Counted from the first letter of the stretch, positions 25,270-33,935 are shown. The stretch: 48,812 nt of DNA from Anaerolineae bacterium (GCA_050945695.1 JBMNTK010000003.1:1-48812), one strand, 5' to 3'. The notes: a model not told the origin generated them from the sequence alone. Made by a program: numbers and translations.

Positions 25270-26664
25270 ATGAGACGGTCTCTAGTCTTGATCGTTACCG
25301 TAGTCTGTGTTGCCCTCATCCTGGCAGCCACCGCCCTCGCACAGACACCCACACCGGCTCCCGACGAGGCCGGCATGCCGGCCGCCCCTTCCGCCGCTGA
25401 CGTCATCGAGGGTGCTAGTCTGGTAAGGCAGTACACCTGTCTGTACTGTCACTCCGTCGATGGCAGCCCCGGGATCGGCCCAACGTGGGCTGGGCTGTAC
25501 AACAGCCGGGTCACATTGGCGGACGGCACCACCGTGGTCGCCAATGAGGACTACATCATCCAGTCCATCGTCTCCCCCAACGCCCAGATCGTGCAGGGCT
25601 ACCAGCCCAATGTGATGCCGGCGTTTGGGGCCTACCTCAACCTGGATCAGGTCGAAGACATGGTGGCCTTCATCATCAGCCTGGGCGAGGTCGTTCCCGC
25701 GGCCACTGCGGCCCCCACTGAGCCGATGGTTCCCGCTGCCAGCCCCACCCCCGCTAAGGTCGGTACCGTCGTGCTCGTGGCCCCGACCCCGGCGGCGGAT
25801 GTGCCTGGCATCGCCCTGCCAGCCGACGCGGCGCCGGAGGTGATGGTCGAGGATCAGGAGGTGATCGGCGGCACCGTCATCATCCAGCGGGTGGTGAGCC
25901 CGGGCTATGGCTGGATGGCCATCCACGCCGACAGCAACGGCTCTCCCGGTGACGTCATCGGCCAGGCCCCTGTCTGGCCTGGGCTGAACATAGACGTGGC
26001 CGTGACCCTCCGAGCCGACCAGATCACCCCCACTCTGCATGCCATGCTCCACATCGATGCCGGCCAGCAGCGTACCTACGAGTTCCCCGGCCCGGATGTG
26101 CCGGTGGTGGTCGGCGACCAGAGCCTGACCGTACCCTTCCAGGTGACGGTGGTAACCCCGGCGGAACCGGTAGAGGAAATGGCACCAGTTCCTCCGATGA
26201 CACCTGAGCCGCTCGGTACCGCACCGGCCGCCACGCCACCCGGCGGCACCCCTGGGGCCGCTATGCCGACAGGCGCTCCCGGGCCTGGCGGCACAGCACC
26301 AGCCGCTACCCCGGCTGGCGGTACGCCGGAGGCAGCAGCCAGCCCGGCCGCGACCCCGCAGGCCATGGCAGGCGATCCCCAGGCCGGAGAGCAGCTGGTG
26401 GCGCAGCTGGGCTGCACCGGCTGCCACTCCACGGATGGCAGCCCCGGCACCGGCCCCACCTGGCAGGGCCTCTTCGGAAGCACCGTCCCCCTGGCCGATG
26501 GGTCCACCGTCACCGCCGATGAGGCCTACATAACCCACTCCATCCAGGACCCTAACGCCCAGATCGTCCAGGGCTTCCCCCCCAATATCATGCCCAACTT
26601 CGGCCAGTCCCTGAACGATGAGCAGATCGCCGACTTGGTGGCCTACATCAGCACCCTTCGGTAG
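25270..26664 (+). CDS. membrane-anchored/secreted diheme c-type cytochrome with central beta-rich domain
   Basis: ORF 24952.. trimmed to ATG 25270 (AGGAG upstream). Signal/anchor MRRSLVLIVTVVCVALILAATALA. Two CxxCH sites (CLYCH, CTGCH), each followed by GPTW.GL and a ..N(V/I)MP.F Met ligand. Pro/Thr/Ala linkers are present. Confidence 0.8.
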   Translation: MRRSLVLIVTVVCVALILAATALAQTPTPAPDEAGMPAAPSAADVIEGASLVRQYTCLYCHSVDGSPGIGPTWAGLYNSRVTLADGTTVVANEDYIIQSIVSPNAQIVQGYQPNVMPAFGAYLNLDQVEDMVAFIISLGEVVPAATAAPTEPMVPAASPTPAKVGTVVLVAPTPAADVPGIALPADAAPEVMVEDQEVIGGTVIIQRVVSPGYGWMAIHADSNGSPGDVIGQAPVWPGLNIDVAVTLRADQITPTLHAMLHIDAGQQRTYEFPGPDVPVVVGDQSLTVPFQVTVVTPAEPVEEMAPVPPMTPEPLGTAPAATPPGGTPGAAMPTGAPGPGGTAPAATPAGGTPEAAASPAATPQAMAGDPQAGEQLVAQLGCTGCHSTDGSPGTGPTWQGLFGSTVPLADGSTVTADEAYITHSIQDPNAQIVQGFPPNIMPNFGQSLNDEQIADLVAYISTLR

Positions 26665-26674
26665 GATCCACCGG

Positions 26675-27934
26675 TCACGGCAGCGCCGCCCGGACGGCCT
26701 CCCACACGCGCTGCTGGTAGTAGCGGCTGATGCCGCGCAGCGTGGGCGAGGTGGGCTCGTAGCCGCCCTCCTCGAACGCCTCCGGCTCGGGCAGGTACCC
26801 GATGGACCCGTTGGCGTAGGTCACCAGCCAGGGGGACTCGTAGCCCAGCAGGCGCAGGCGGGTGCGCAGCCGTGCCGCCGTCTCGGAGAACACCTCCCCC
26901 GGCTGGCCCACCAGCAGGATTCCGTCCATCCCGAAGAGCATCACCTCGGAGAGGATGCGCCCCTGCTCGTCGAGCAGTGAGGGCATCGGCCGGCTCGACG
27001 TGACCGGCATCACCGGCTCGTCGGGCGAGCGGGCGGCGTCCACGACCAAGCGCCGCGCCCACACCTTCTCGACGTCGTGGGTACGGATGGTACGGGCGAC
27101 GTGCGCAGCCTCGCGGGTGAAGGCGGCCGCCAGCTCGTCCACCTCGTCGAAGGTGCCGCCCGTACGATCGCCGATGTTCCAGGCCTCGGGGTCATCGCGG
27201 TCACCGTACCAGGAAGCGATGTTGCCGATGGCGACAACCGGATGGCCACTCTCCAGCTGGGCACGCACCCCGGACACCAAGGGATTGACCTCCCCGCAGC
27301 CACTCTGGAAGTACATCACCTCGCCGAAGCCCTCCGCCTGGAGGTTCCGGCACGCCTGTCCGGGCCAGTCCGCGCTGATGAGGAGGTTGTCCGGGCCCAG
27401 GACCACGCCGTGGCAGGCGAAGTTGCACACCAAGCCCAGGGGCCGGCCCTCCGAATCGTCCACCCGGATGATGCCCACGGCCGGGTCTACCGGACGGTCG
27501 AGCCAGCGGCGGTTGATGGAGTAGCCATAGAGGAAGCCGAAGCCGCTGCCCAGCCGCGCCGGCTGCAGGCGATCCGCTGCCTGCTCCACGGCGTCGGTGA
27601 TGATCTCGGCCAAGGGCCGGTCCCAGTTGTCGGCCTCGCGGTCATCGGGGCCAGAGTGGGTGTGGATGGCAGCGATGAACACGTTGTCCGGCGGGATCCC
27701 CAGCCGGCGCTCGACGGCCTCGCGCACGGCCTGGGTAGTGGGGGCGGAGGTGTAGAGAAGCTCGCAGGCAATGAGTACGTGGCGCTCACCGTCGTGCTCC
27801 AGGACTAGAGCCCGGGCCAGGAGCGGGTCGTGAACGCCAGTAGCCACGCCCGGGCGGTTGCTGTAGCCCATGAGGCGACAGCCCAGCTTAGGGGTGATGT
27901 CGGCCCGGCCAAATCCGGCGCGTAGGTTGGGCAT
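26675..27934 (-). CDS. neutral/alkaline ceramidase-like hydrolase (N-terminal domain family)
   Basis: GFGRADITPKLGCRLMGYSNRPG.ATGVHDPLLARALVL and IAAIHTHSGPD match the neutral ceramidase catalytic-domain signature. Confidence 0.7.
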   Translation of the reverse strand: MPNLRAGFGRADITPKLGCRLMGYSNRPGVATGVHDPLLARALVLEHDGERHVLIACELLYTSAPTTQAVREAVERRLGIPPDNVFIAAIHTHSGPDDREADNWDRPLAEIITDAVEQAADRLQPARLGSGFGFLYGYSINRRWLDRPVDPAVGIIRVDDSEGRPLGLVCNFACHGVVLGPDNLLISADWPGQACRNLQAEGFGEVMYFQSGCGEVNPLVSGVRAQLESGHPVVAIGNIASWYGDRDDPEAWNIGDRTGGTFDEVDELAAAFTREAAHVARTIRTHDVEKVWARRLVVDAARSPDEPVMPVTSSRPMPSLLDEQGRILSEVMLFGMDGILLVGQPGEVFSETAARLRTRLRLLGYESPWLVTYANGSIGYLPEPEAFEEGGYEPTSPTLRGISRYYQQRVWEAVRAALP

Positions 27935-28060
27935 AGCGGTCTCCCGTGGTCAGAGGGTTAGGGGGATTGTGCTGCCGGCAGGGGTGAGCGTCAACGGGAA
28001 GTGGGTGGGCCGTGCGGACGCGGTAGCGCCGTGCCTAGCGCCGGGAGCCCGCCTCTCTAT

Positions 28061-28179
28061 GTCATTCTTAGCGAAGCGAGGAATCTGCGGCCGTTCGGGA
28101 GCCCTCGAATGGAATTCGGGGCTAAGGGGCCTTCGGCCGGCCGCCAGGCCCAGCAGCCCCGACTTGAGTCGAGGGCCCC
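28061..28179 (+). repeat. composite of repeat families B (28061-28086), C' (28099-28139) and C (28147-28179)
   Basis: gtcattcttagcgaagcgaggaatct matches the family B arm. gagccctcgaatggaattcggggctaaggggccttcggccg matches 11269-11309. ggcccagcagccccgacttgagtcgagggcccc is identical to 11535-11567. Confidence 0.8.
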
Positions 28180-28267
28180 ACCGCCCAGGCTGGCCCCCCG
28201 CCTTGGCGAACGACCGCACCTGCGCTACATTCCCCAGCAAACCAACATCATCACAAGTGGAGACCAC

Positions 28268-29401
28268 ATGGACATCTCCGGCCATTGTCACCCCAAGTTC
28301 GACCGCGTCCGCCAGGAGTTCGAGCGCCACTTCGCCACCGGCGAAGGCGTGGGCGCCTCCCTGTGCCTGACCGTGGAAGGCGAGACGGTGGTGGACCTCT
28401 GGGGCGGCATCGCGGATGTCTCCACCGGCGCCCCCTGGGAGCGAGACACCGTGGCCATGGTCTTCTCCTGCACCAAGGCCGCCACCGCCCTCTGCGCCCA
28501 CATACTCGTCTCCCGCGGCCAGCTGGACCTGGATGCCCCCGTGGCCGAGTACTGGCCCGAGTTCGCCCAGGCCGGCAAGGGCGATATCCCGGTGCGGATG
28601 CTCCTCAACCACCAGGCGGGGTTGCCCGCCCTGCGTCGGCCCGTTCCCGAAGATGCCTTCTGCATCTGGGAGCTCATGACCACTGCCCTGGCAGCCGAGG
28701 AGCCTTTCTGGGAGCCGGGCACCCGGGTGGGATATCACTGGTACACCTTCGGCTGGCTGGTGGGTGAGGTGATCAGGCGGGTATCGGGCCTCTCCGTGGG
28801 CCAGTTCTTCGCCCGGGAGGTGGCCGGCCCCCTGGGGCTAGACTTCTGGATTGGGCTGCCGGAGGAGGTTGAGCCCCGGGTGGCTCCCGTCATCATGCTT
28901 GGCCGGCCGACCGGCCTGGACCCCGACAGCATCGCCGGGTTGGTCTGGTACAACGATGGTGGCTTCCTCGACCCCGGCCGGTGCGACACCCGCGTCATGC
29001 ATGCCGCCGAGATCCCGGCCATCAACGGCATCACCAACGCCCGCGGGCTGGCCGGGATGTACGCGCCCCTGGCCTGCGGGACCGGCCTGGTGGGCCCGGA
29101 CGACGTGGCCCGGATGGCTGCCGTCGCTTCGGCCACGGAGAAGGACGCTACGCAGGGTGGCCGGTTCCGCTATACGCTGGGCTACCAGAAGTTCGGGCCT
29201 GGCAACCCTCTGGCCGTGCCCGAGACGGGCTTCGGCCACGCCGGCATGGGCGGGTCGGTGGGCTTCGCCGATCCGGGGGCCAAGCTGTCCTTCGGCTACG
29301 TGATGAACAAGCTCAGCACCCACGACCGGGCAGCGAGGCTCTTGGACGCGACCTACCAGGCGCTGGGATACCGGTCCAAGGCGTCCGGCGGGTGGTTGTA
29401 G
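28268..29401 (+). CDS. serine hydrolase, beta-lactamase/esterase (class C / EstB-like) family
   Basis: ORF 28001.. trimmed to ATG 28268 (GGAG upstream; the extension runs through repeats). S-x-x-K motif VFSCTKAATA, and a C-terminal HAGMGGS (H-x-G-like) motif. Confidence 0.85.
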   Translation: MDISGHCHPKFDRVRQEFERHFATGEGVGASLCLTVEGETVVDLWGGIADVSTGAPWERDTVAMVFSCTKAATALCAHILVSRGQLDLDAPVAEYWPEFAQAGKGDIPVRMLLNHQAGLPALRRPVPEDAFCIWELMTTALAAEEPFWEPGTRVGYHWYTFGWLVGEVIRRVSGLSVGQFFAREVAGPLGLDFWIGLPEEVEPRVAPVIMLGRPTGLDPDSIAGLVWYNDGGFLDPGRCDTRVMHAAEIPAINGITNARGLAGMYAPLACGTGLVGPDDVARMAAVASATEKDATQGGRFRYTLGYQKFGPGNPLAVPETGFGHAGMGGSVGFADPGAKLSFGYVMNKLSTHDRAARLLDATYQALGYRSKASGGWL

Positions 29402-29406
29402 CAGTT

Positions 29407-29459
29407 CCCTCGCTGGCGCTCGGAATGACAAGAGAGGGGCGCTCCGAGGAGCGCCCCTC
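29407..29459. repeat. family B arm (reverse orientation, 29407-29430) followed by a perfect 11-bp/4-nt-loop hairpin (29434-29459)
   Basis: ccctcgctggcgctcggaatgacaag is the reverse complement of a gtcattccgagcg... arm. It is followed by gaggggcgctc cgag gagcgcccctc. The element starts 6 nt after the hydrolase stop. Confidence 0.65.
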
Positions 29460-29595
29460 CAGGTACGCCGGTAGGCCCAGGCTCCCGGCGAGCGTGGGCA
29501 GAGGCCTCAGGCCAAGGGGCCAAGTGACTTGGCCCTGCCCCTTTTGCGGCTTGGCGTCTTTGCGTGAGAGGGAAGACCCAGGCGGGCGGACGACT

Positions 29596-29635
29596 CAGCC
29601 GAAGGCCCCTTGGCCCCGAGTCTCATTCGAGGGCT
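29596..29635 (-). repeat. family C' repeat, reverse orientation
   Basis: cagccgaaggccccttggccccgagtctcattcgagggct is the near reverse complement of the 28099-28139 copy. Confidence 0.65.
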
Positions 29636-29682
29636 TTCGGTCGTCCCCCACGCTGACTTCAACTTGTGGTATCACCGCTCGC

Positions 29683-31227
29683 CTATTGCTCAGGCAGGCT
29701 GGTCGCGGAGGCGAGCGTGAGCCTGCCTAGTTCCTCCCCCGCCTCGGAGAGCAGCCGCAGCACCCCGTCTTCCAGCACCACGATGCCCTCGGCCGCCCAG
29801 GAGAGCAAGGAAAGAGAGTGGCAGTCGGGCGGATCGGCCTCGGCCAGAAGCATGGACTCGCTCGTGTCCGCGTCTACGAGCCACAGACCGCCCAAGGCGC
29901 CGCATCCCTCCAGGTAGGCGAACCGGTGCGGCGATCCTGGAGACCAGGCGATCTGCGCCGGTATGTTGTAGATTGAGTAGCCGTTGCGCGAGAGGCTCTC
30001 GGTAACGGTCCACACCAGCTCGGCCTCGCCCGTCTGAGGGTCGCCCAGCCAGATGCGGGGTGGCTCGGTCACCATGGTCATGGCCCGCTGCATGGTGACG
30101 AAACTGATTCGCCGGCTGCCATCGGGGAGGCTCACCAGACCGAACGCATGATGTACCTCGCTGCCGACATCCTCCGCCGGCCACAGGTTGCGCACCTCCC
30201 CTGAGGTCAGCTCCAGGAGGGCAAGCCCTTCCTCCTGCCAGTCCCACATGCCCGGGATCAGGCGGGTGACGTAGATGGCCTTCCCATCTGGAGACGCACC
30301 GACGACCCGGTAGATGGAACCGGCCCCCAGAAGGCTCTGGTTCTCCCCGCGCAGGTCACTGACCCACACCTCGCCTGTCACCGAGGCCGCGTGGAGCCAG
30401 AACACCCTGGTGTAGAGGACGTGCTCGTCATCTAGCCAGGCCACCGACGTGATCTCCTCATACCCCCTCGGTTCGTCTGCCGTCACGGGCCGCATGCGGA
30501 TTGCGCTGTCGGCAACGAGTTGCTGGTCACCGGTCTCGAGGTCGAACACCTGGATGTAGGTGCCGCCTAGCTCTCCGTCAACGAATCGGGTAGCCAGATG
30601 CCTTCCATCGGGAGAGAGCTCGCTGCTATGGGAGGTCGAGCCCCAGTTGGTCCTGCCGAGGGCGCGCACCTGGGTGACGGAGTTGCCCTCTGCCAGGTAG
30701 ACGGCCAGGTAGCTGGTGCCGGGCGCACGTGCGATGAAGGCCGTCCGCGGGAAGTGACCGAAGTTCCGCTCTGACGGCAGAGCCGTCGCAGTCGGTGAGG
30801 CAAGTGGACTCACGAACTGGGGAGCCACCCCTGACGCCTGCGGCAATGGTGACGCACCCGACGTCTCCATGGTGCCGGAGCTTACGGTTGGCCTAGCTGT
30901 GGCCGAGACTACACCGGGCACCTGCCGCAGGCTCGCCGCCCTGGCCCAGAGCACGGCCACCAGTGCCACCACCGTAGCCGCCCAGAGCAGACCGGTAGCA
31001 AGGCGCCCCGGAGCAGCCGCAGCTGCCCCCACCCACTCACTCAGCCTGTGCCATATGTCGGCCGTCAACGAGGCGCTGGACCGCGGGCGCCGACCAGCGG
31101 CAGCCTCACGTTCCGTCAGGCGCGCCTCTAGCCGCGACAAGAACGCAGGGTCCGGGTCGGGGCAGGCCAGCAGACGCGACAACGCCATCTCCACATCGAG
31201 CGTCCGATCGTCCCTCTCATTCGCCAT
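29683..31227 (-). CDS. putative anti-sigma factor: single-pass membrane protein with extracytoplasmic PD40-like propeller
   Basis: ATG 31227 with GGAGGG upstream, overlapping the sigma gene by 11 nt. Short cytoplasmic N-domain, TM LLWAATVVALVAVLWA, then blades (ELSPDGRHLATRF, ASPDGKAIYVTR, SLPDGSRRISFV, AWSPGSPHRFAYL). Confidence 0.6.
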   Translation of the reverse strand: MANERDDRTLDVEMALSRLLACPDPDPAFLSRLEARLTEREAAAGRRPRSSASLTADIWHRLSEWVGAAAAAPGRLATGLLWAATVVALVAVLWARAASLRQVPGVVSATARPTVSSGTMETSGASPLPQASGVAPQFVSPLASPTATALPSERNFGHFPRTAFIARAPGTSYLAVYLAEGNSVTQVRALGRTNWGSTSHSSELSPDGRHLATRFVDGELGGTYIQVFDLETGDQQLVADSAIRMRPVTADEPRGYEEITSVAWLDDEHVLYTRVFWLHAASVTGEVWVSDLRGENQSLLGAGSIYRVVGASPDGKAIYVTRLIPGMWDWQEEGLALLELTSGEVRNLWPAEDVGSEVHHAFGLVSLPDGSRRISFVTMQRAMTMVTEPPRIWLGDPQTGEAELVWTVTESLSRNGYSIYNIPAQIAWSPGSPHRFAYLEGCGALGGLWLVDADTSESMLLAEADPPDCHSLSLLSWAAEGIVVLEDGVLRLLSEAGEELGRLTLASATSLPEQ

Positions 31228-31834
31228 CGCCCGCCCTCCACCTATCTTGCAGTCTGCGCAGTAGGCGGTGCATCGCCATCCTGGTGGCTGCCTCGCTCCT
31301 GCCCACCACCGCTCCCATCTCCCCGTAGCTCAGCCCGGCAGCGAAACGCAGGCGCAGCAGTTCTCTCTCGTCCTCCGTCAGGTCCTCCAGCAGTGACGCC
31401 AGCCGCTCCAGCGCTTCGCGAGTGAGAAGGGCCTCTTCTGGCCCCGGACCGGCCCCCGGCTGTTCCCCGAGGCAGTCCAGCGAGGTGGCCAGGCGTTGCC
31501 GCTGCCGGTGATGGTCGACCGCCCGCCTCCGGGCGATGGCGAACAGCCACGCGGCGAACCGGCCCCGCTCCCGGTATCGGCCCCGCGCCTCCAGGGCCTG
31601 CATGAAGACGGTCGCCGTCAGGTCCTCAGCGTCGGCCGCGTTGCCCACGTAGCTGTAGACGTAGCGATACACCGACGGGGCGTACCGTTGGTAGAGGACG
31701 GTGAAACCGGCCTGCTCGTCCCCTTCCGGAGGGCCGGCGGCCTCGCTGGCGTGGGGCTGTGGCTCGGGGGTCAACGTTGGCAGCTCCTGGATCGGCACTG
31801 CGCCGACACACGCAACGGAACAACCCGCTACCAC
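31217..31834 (-). CDS. ECF-type RNA polymerase sigma-70 family factor
   Basis: Region 2 (YRYVYSYVGNAADAEDLTATVFMQALE, FAAWLFAIARRRAVDHHR) and region 4 HTH (LSYGEMGAVVGRSEAATRMAMHRLLRRL). The start is uncertain: GTG 31834 or an in-frame TTG ~20 codons downstream that has AGGAG. Confidence 0.85.
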   Translation of the reverse strand: MVAGCSVACVGAVPIQELPTLTPEPQPHASEAAGPPEGDEQAGFTVLYQRYAPSVYRYVYSYVGNAADAEDLTATVFMQALEARGRYRERGRFAAWLFAIARRRAVDHHRQRQRLATSLDCLGEQPGAGPGPEEALLTREALERLASLLEDLTEDERELLRLRFAAGLSYGEMGAVVGRSEAATRMAMHRLLRRLQDRWRAGDGE

Positions 31835-32042
31835 TCATATATCGCGGAACTGCCGGAAATGTAACAGGGAAGGCCGAGTCAGACGCAGTAGCGCAGCGGC
31901 TCGCCTCGCTAGCGAGCCGCTCGCGCTATAGAGAGGAGAAGCAGTAAGGTTCTAGTCTCCTGAGGGAGCCGGCCTTGGGCCCGGGGTGCCTCGCTCGGAG
32001 GAGGGGCCTAGCGGTCGCCTAGGCCCGACGCAGCGTCGCAAG

Positions 32043-33020
32043 TCAAGCGGCCGAGCCCTGCTCGCACAGGTACAGGGCCAACGCCCCGCGCAGGCCCACG
32101 TCCTCGCCTAAGGCAGCGGGAACGATGTTGCAGTCTTCCCAGTAGGCGCGGGGGGCGCGGGCGTGCACTGTCTCGACGACGGGGTCGAACAGCAGAGGCC
32201 CCGCCTTGGTGACGCCGCCCCCGAGAACCACGATGGTGGGGTTGAAGGTATAGAGGAAGTTGACGATGGCCACGCCCAGGAAGAAGCCTGCCCGCTGGTA
32301 GGTGTCCTGGGCCACTTGATCGCCCTGACGGGCGGCCTCGGCCACCATGCGGGCGTCAATGCGTTCCAAGTCGCCCCCGGCCATCTCCGTTAGAATCGTG
32401 GGACGGCCGAGCTGGATGGCCTCGCGGGCCTGGCGGGCGATGGCCAGCCCGCTGGCCAGCATCTCCACGCAGCCGTAGTTGCCGCAGTTGCACAGGGGGC
32501 CATCGGCGCACACGGAGTTGTGACCCAGTTCGGCGGCATAGCCGCGGGCACCAATCAGGAGCCTGTCGTCGCTGATGACCCCGCCACCTATGCCGGTGCT
32601 GATGGTCAGGTACACCAGGTCGTGGTGGCCACGGCCGGCCCCGAACCACTGCTCCCCCAAGCCGGCGGCGCTGGCATCGTTGCCCAGGAGGACGGGCACC
32701 GAGAACTCCCGGTTGAGGATGGCCGAGAGAGGGATGTTGCGCCAGCCCGGGACGTTAGGGGCATGAATCACCACCCCGCGCCGAGGGTCCAGGGGCCCGG
32801 GGGCCACTATGACGATGGCGGCCACCGCCTGCCCGCTCTCATCCAGAGCAGCGTGGATGGCGGTCTTGACCGCCTCGATAGCGGCCTCGCCCCCAACCCT
32901 CGGGGTGGGATGGGCCACGCGGGTGATGAACTCCCCCGCCGTGTCGCTGATTGCTACCCGAATCTGCGTGCCGCCCATGTCTACCAGGGCGATCTTGGTA
33001 TCCGCTGTCAATGCTTTCAT
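32043..33020 (-). CDS. ROK family sugar kinase (glucokinase-like)
   Basis: ATP motif ALVDMGGTQIRVA, zinc/ROK signature CNCGNYGCVEMLASG, and GGGV near the C-terminus. Confidence 0.85.
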   Translation of the reverse strand: MKALTADTKIALVDMGGTQIRVAISDTAGEFITRVAHPTPRVGGEAAIEAVKTAIHAALDESGQAVAAIVIVAPGPLDPRRGVVIHAPNVPGWRNIPLSAILNREFSVPVLLGNDASAAGLGEQWFGAGRGHHDLVYLTISTGIGGGVISDDRLLIGARGYAAELGHNSVCADGPLCNCGNYGCVEMLASGLAIARQAREAIQLGRPTILTEMAGGDLERIDARMVAEAARQGDQVAQDTYQRAGFFLGVAIVNFLYTFNPTIVVLGGGVTKAGPLLFDPVVETVHARAPRAYWEDCNIVPAALGEDVGLRGALALYLCEQGSAA

Positions 33021-33083
33021 CCCCGATGCATGAGAGGTGACTCGTGACCCGTAGTGAGCGGGTCACGAGTCACGCATCACGCA

Positions 33084-33935
33084 TTACGCACCTACGCTGC
33101 TCAGGCGGTTACGCACTTCCTCGGCAAAGCGGTCAATGAAGCCCTGCACGAACGTCTTCACGTCCAGCGAAGGGTCCGTGATCAAGGGCGTCAGGTCCAT
33201 GGCGAAGTTGAGCCCGGTGGTGACGTCTATACCGTGGGAGGCGAAGTAGGTGGCGTGAGCCTTCCGCCGCCCCATGGTAGCCAGATCGTAGCGCTTACCG
33301 CCGGCAATCTGGGAGTCGTAGACCCCAAGCAGGGCTGCCTGAAGGTTCTCGTGCTCGGAGACGTCCAGGGGCACCTTGTCCTCGTCCGTCATCCAGTCCA
33401 GGTCGCGCCACACTTCGCACCCGTAGAGCTTCTTGGGGCGCTTCTCGGCCGGCAGCGAGCGGATGGCCTCGACAACCCGCAGGAGGGTGGCCACGTGGGT
33501 GTCGTGCTTGTCGCTCGCGGAGTGAGTGTAGACCTCCTCGGGCTGGGCTATCTCGAGTATCTTGATGATGTCCTCGACCGGGTTGCGGTTGGAGCCATCC
33601 TTGACCACCTTGCTGGGGTAGTCCAGCATCACCAAGGCCGCGTACTCGCCGACGTAGGCCGCCTTCTTCTGCTCCTTGATGCGTACCTGCTGCATCTCAT
33701 CGTCGGTGTAGTTCTCATACAGGCCGCTACGCGGCGACCCCCTGCCATCGGCCACCACCAGGCCGGTGAACCACCGGTCCGGCTGCTGGTAGGCCTGGAG
33801 AATGGGCCGGCCGGCCATGATCTCCAGGTCGTCCTGGTGGGCCGAGACGCCCAAGTAGGTGGTACGGGCTAGGGCCTCTTCGATGGGCAGTCCGTCCGGG
33901 ACGAACAACTGAGCGCTTTCCATGTGGAACTTCAT
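33084..33935 (-). CDS. PIG-L/LmbE family N-acetylglucosaminyl deacetylase
   Basis: LGVSAHQDDLEIMAG (AHxDD motif) and later HSASDKHDTH. ~283 aa. Confidence 0.75.
   Translation of the reverse strand: MKFHMESAQLFVPDGLPIEEALARTTYLGVSAHQDDLEIMAGRPILQAYQQPDRWFTGLVVADGRGSPRSGLYENYTDDEMQQVRIKEQKKAAYVGEYAALVMLDYPSKVVKDGSNRNPVEDIIKILEIAQPEEVYTHSASDKHDTHVATLLRVVEAIRSLPAEKRPKKLYGCEVWRDLDWMTDEDKVPLDVSEHENLQAALLGVYDSQIAGGKRYDLATMGRRKAHATYFASHGIDVTTGLNFAMDLTPLITDPSLDVKTFVQGFIDRFAEEVRNRLSSVGA

Noticed and set aside
11535-28179. The 33-nt perfect direct repeats at 11535-11567 and 28147-28179 as att-like boundaries of a 16.6-kb island.
   Set aside because: The repeats belong to a dispersed multi-copy hairpin family. 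There is no integrase, tRNA, or visible compositional shift, and the genes in between are ordinary housekeeping and metabolic genes.
28001-28267. 5' extension of the serine-hydrolase ORF, and the opposing ORFs 27870..28370 and 27950..28738.
   Set aside because: They consist of translated repeat families B, C' and C (LSEARNLRPFGSPRMEFG..., SSPDLSRGP). The true start at 28268 has an SD, and family homology begins immediately after it.
31835-31900. ECF-type autoregulatory promoter (GGAAC ... CGT) upstream of the sigma gene.
   Set aside because: The only GGAAC (31846-31850) is on the wrong strand for the sigma gene, and I saw no convincing -35/-10 pair on the minus strand. The 31890-31927 and 32005-32025 hairpins look more like terminators of the upstream ROK gene.
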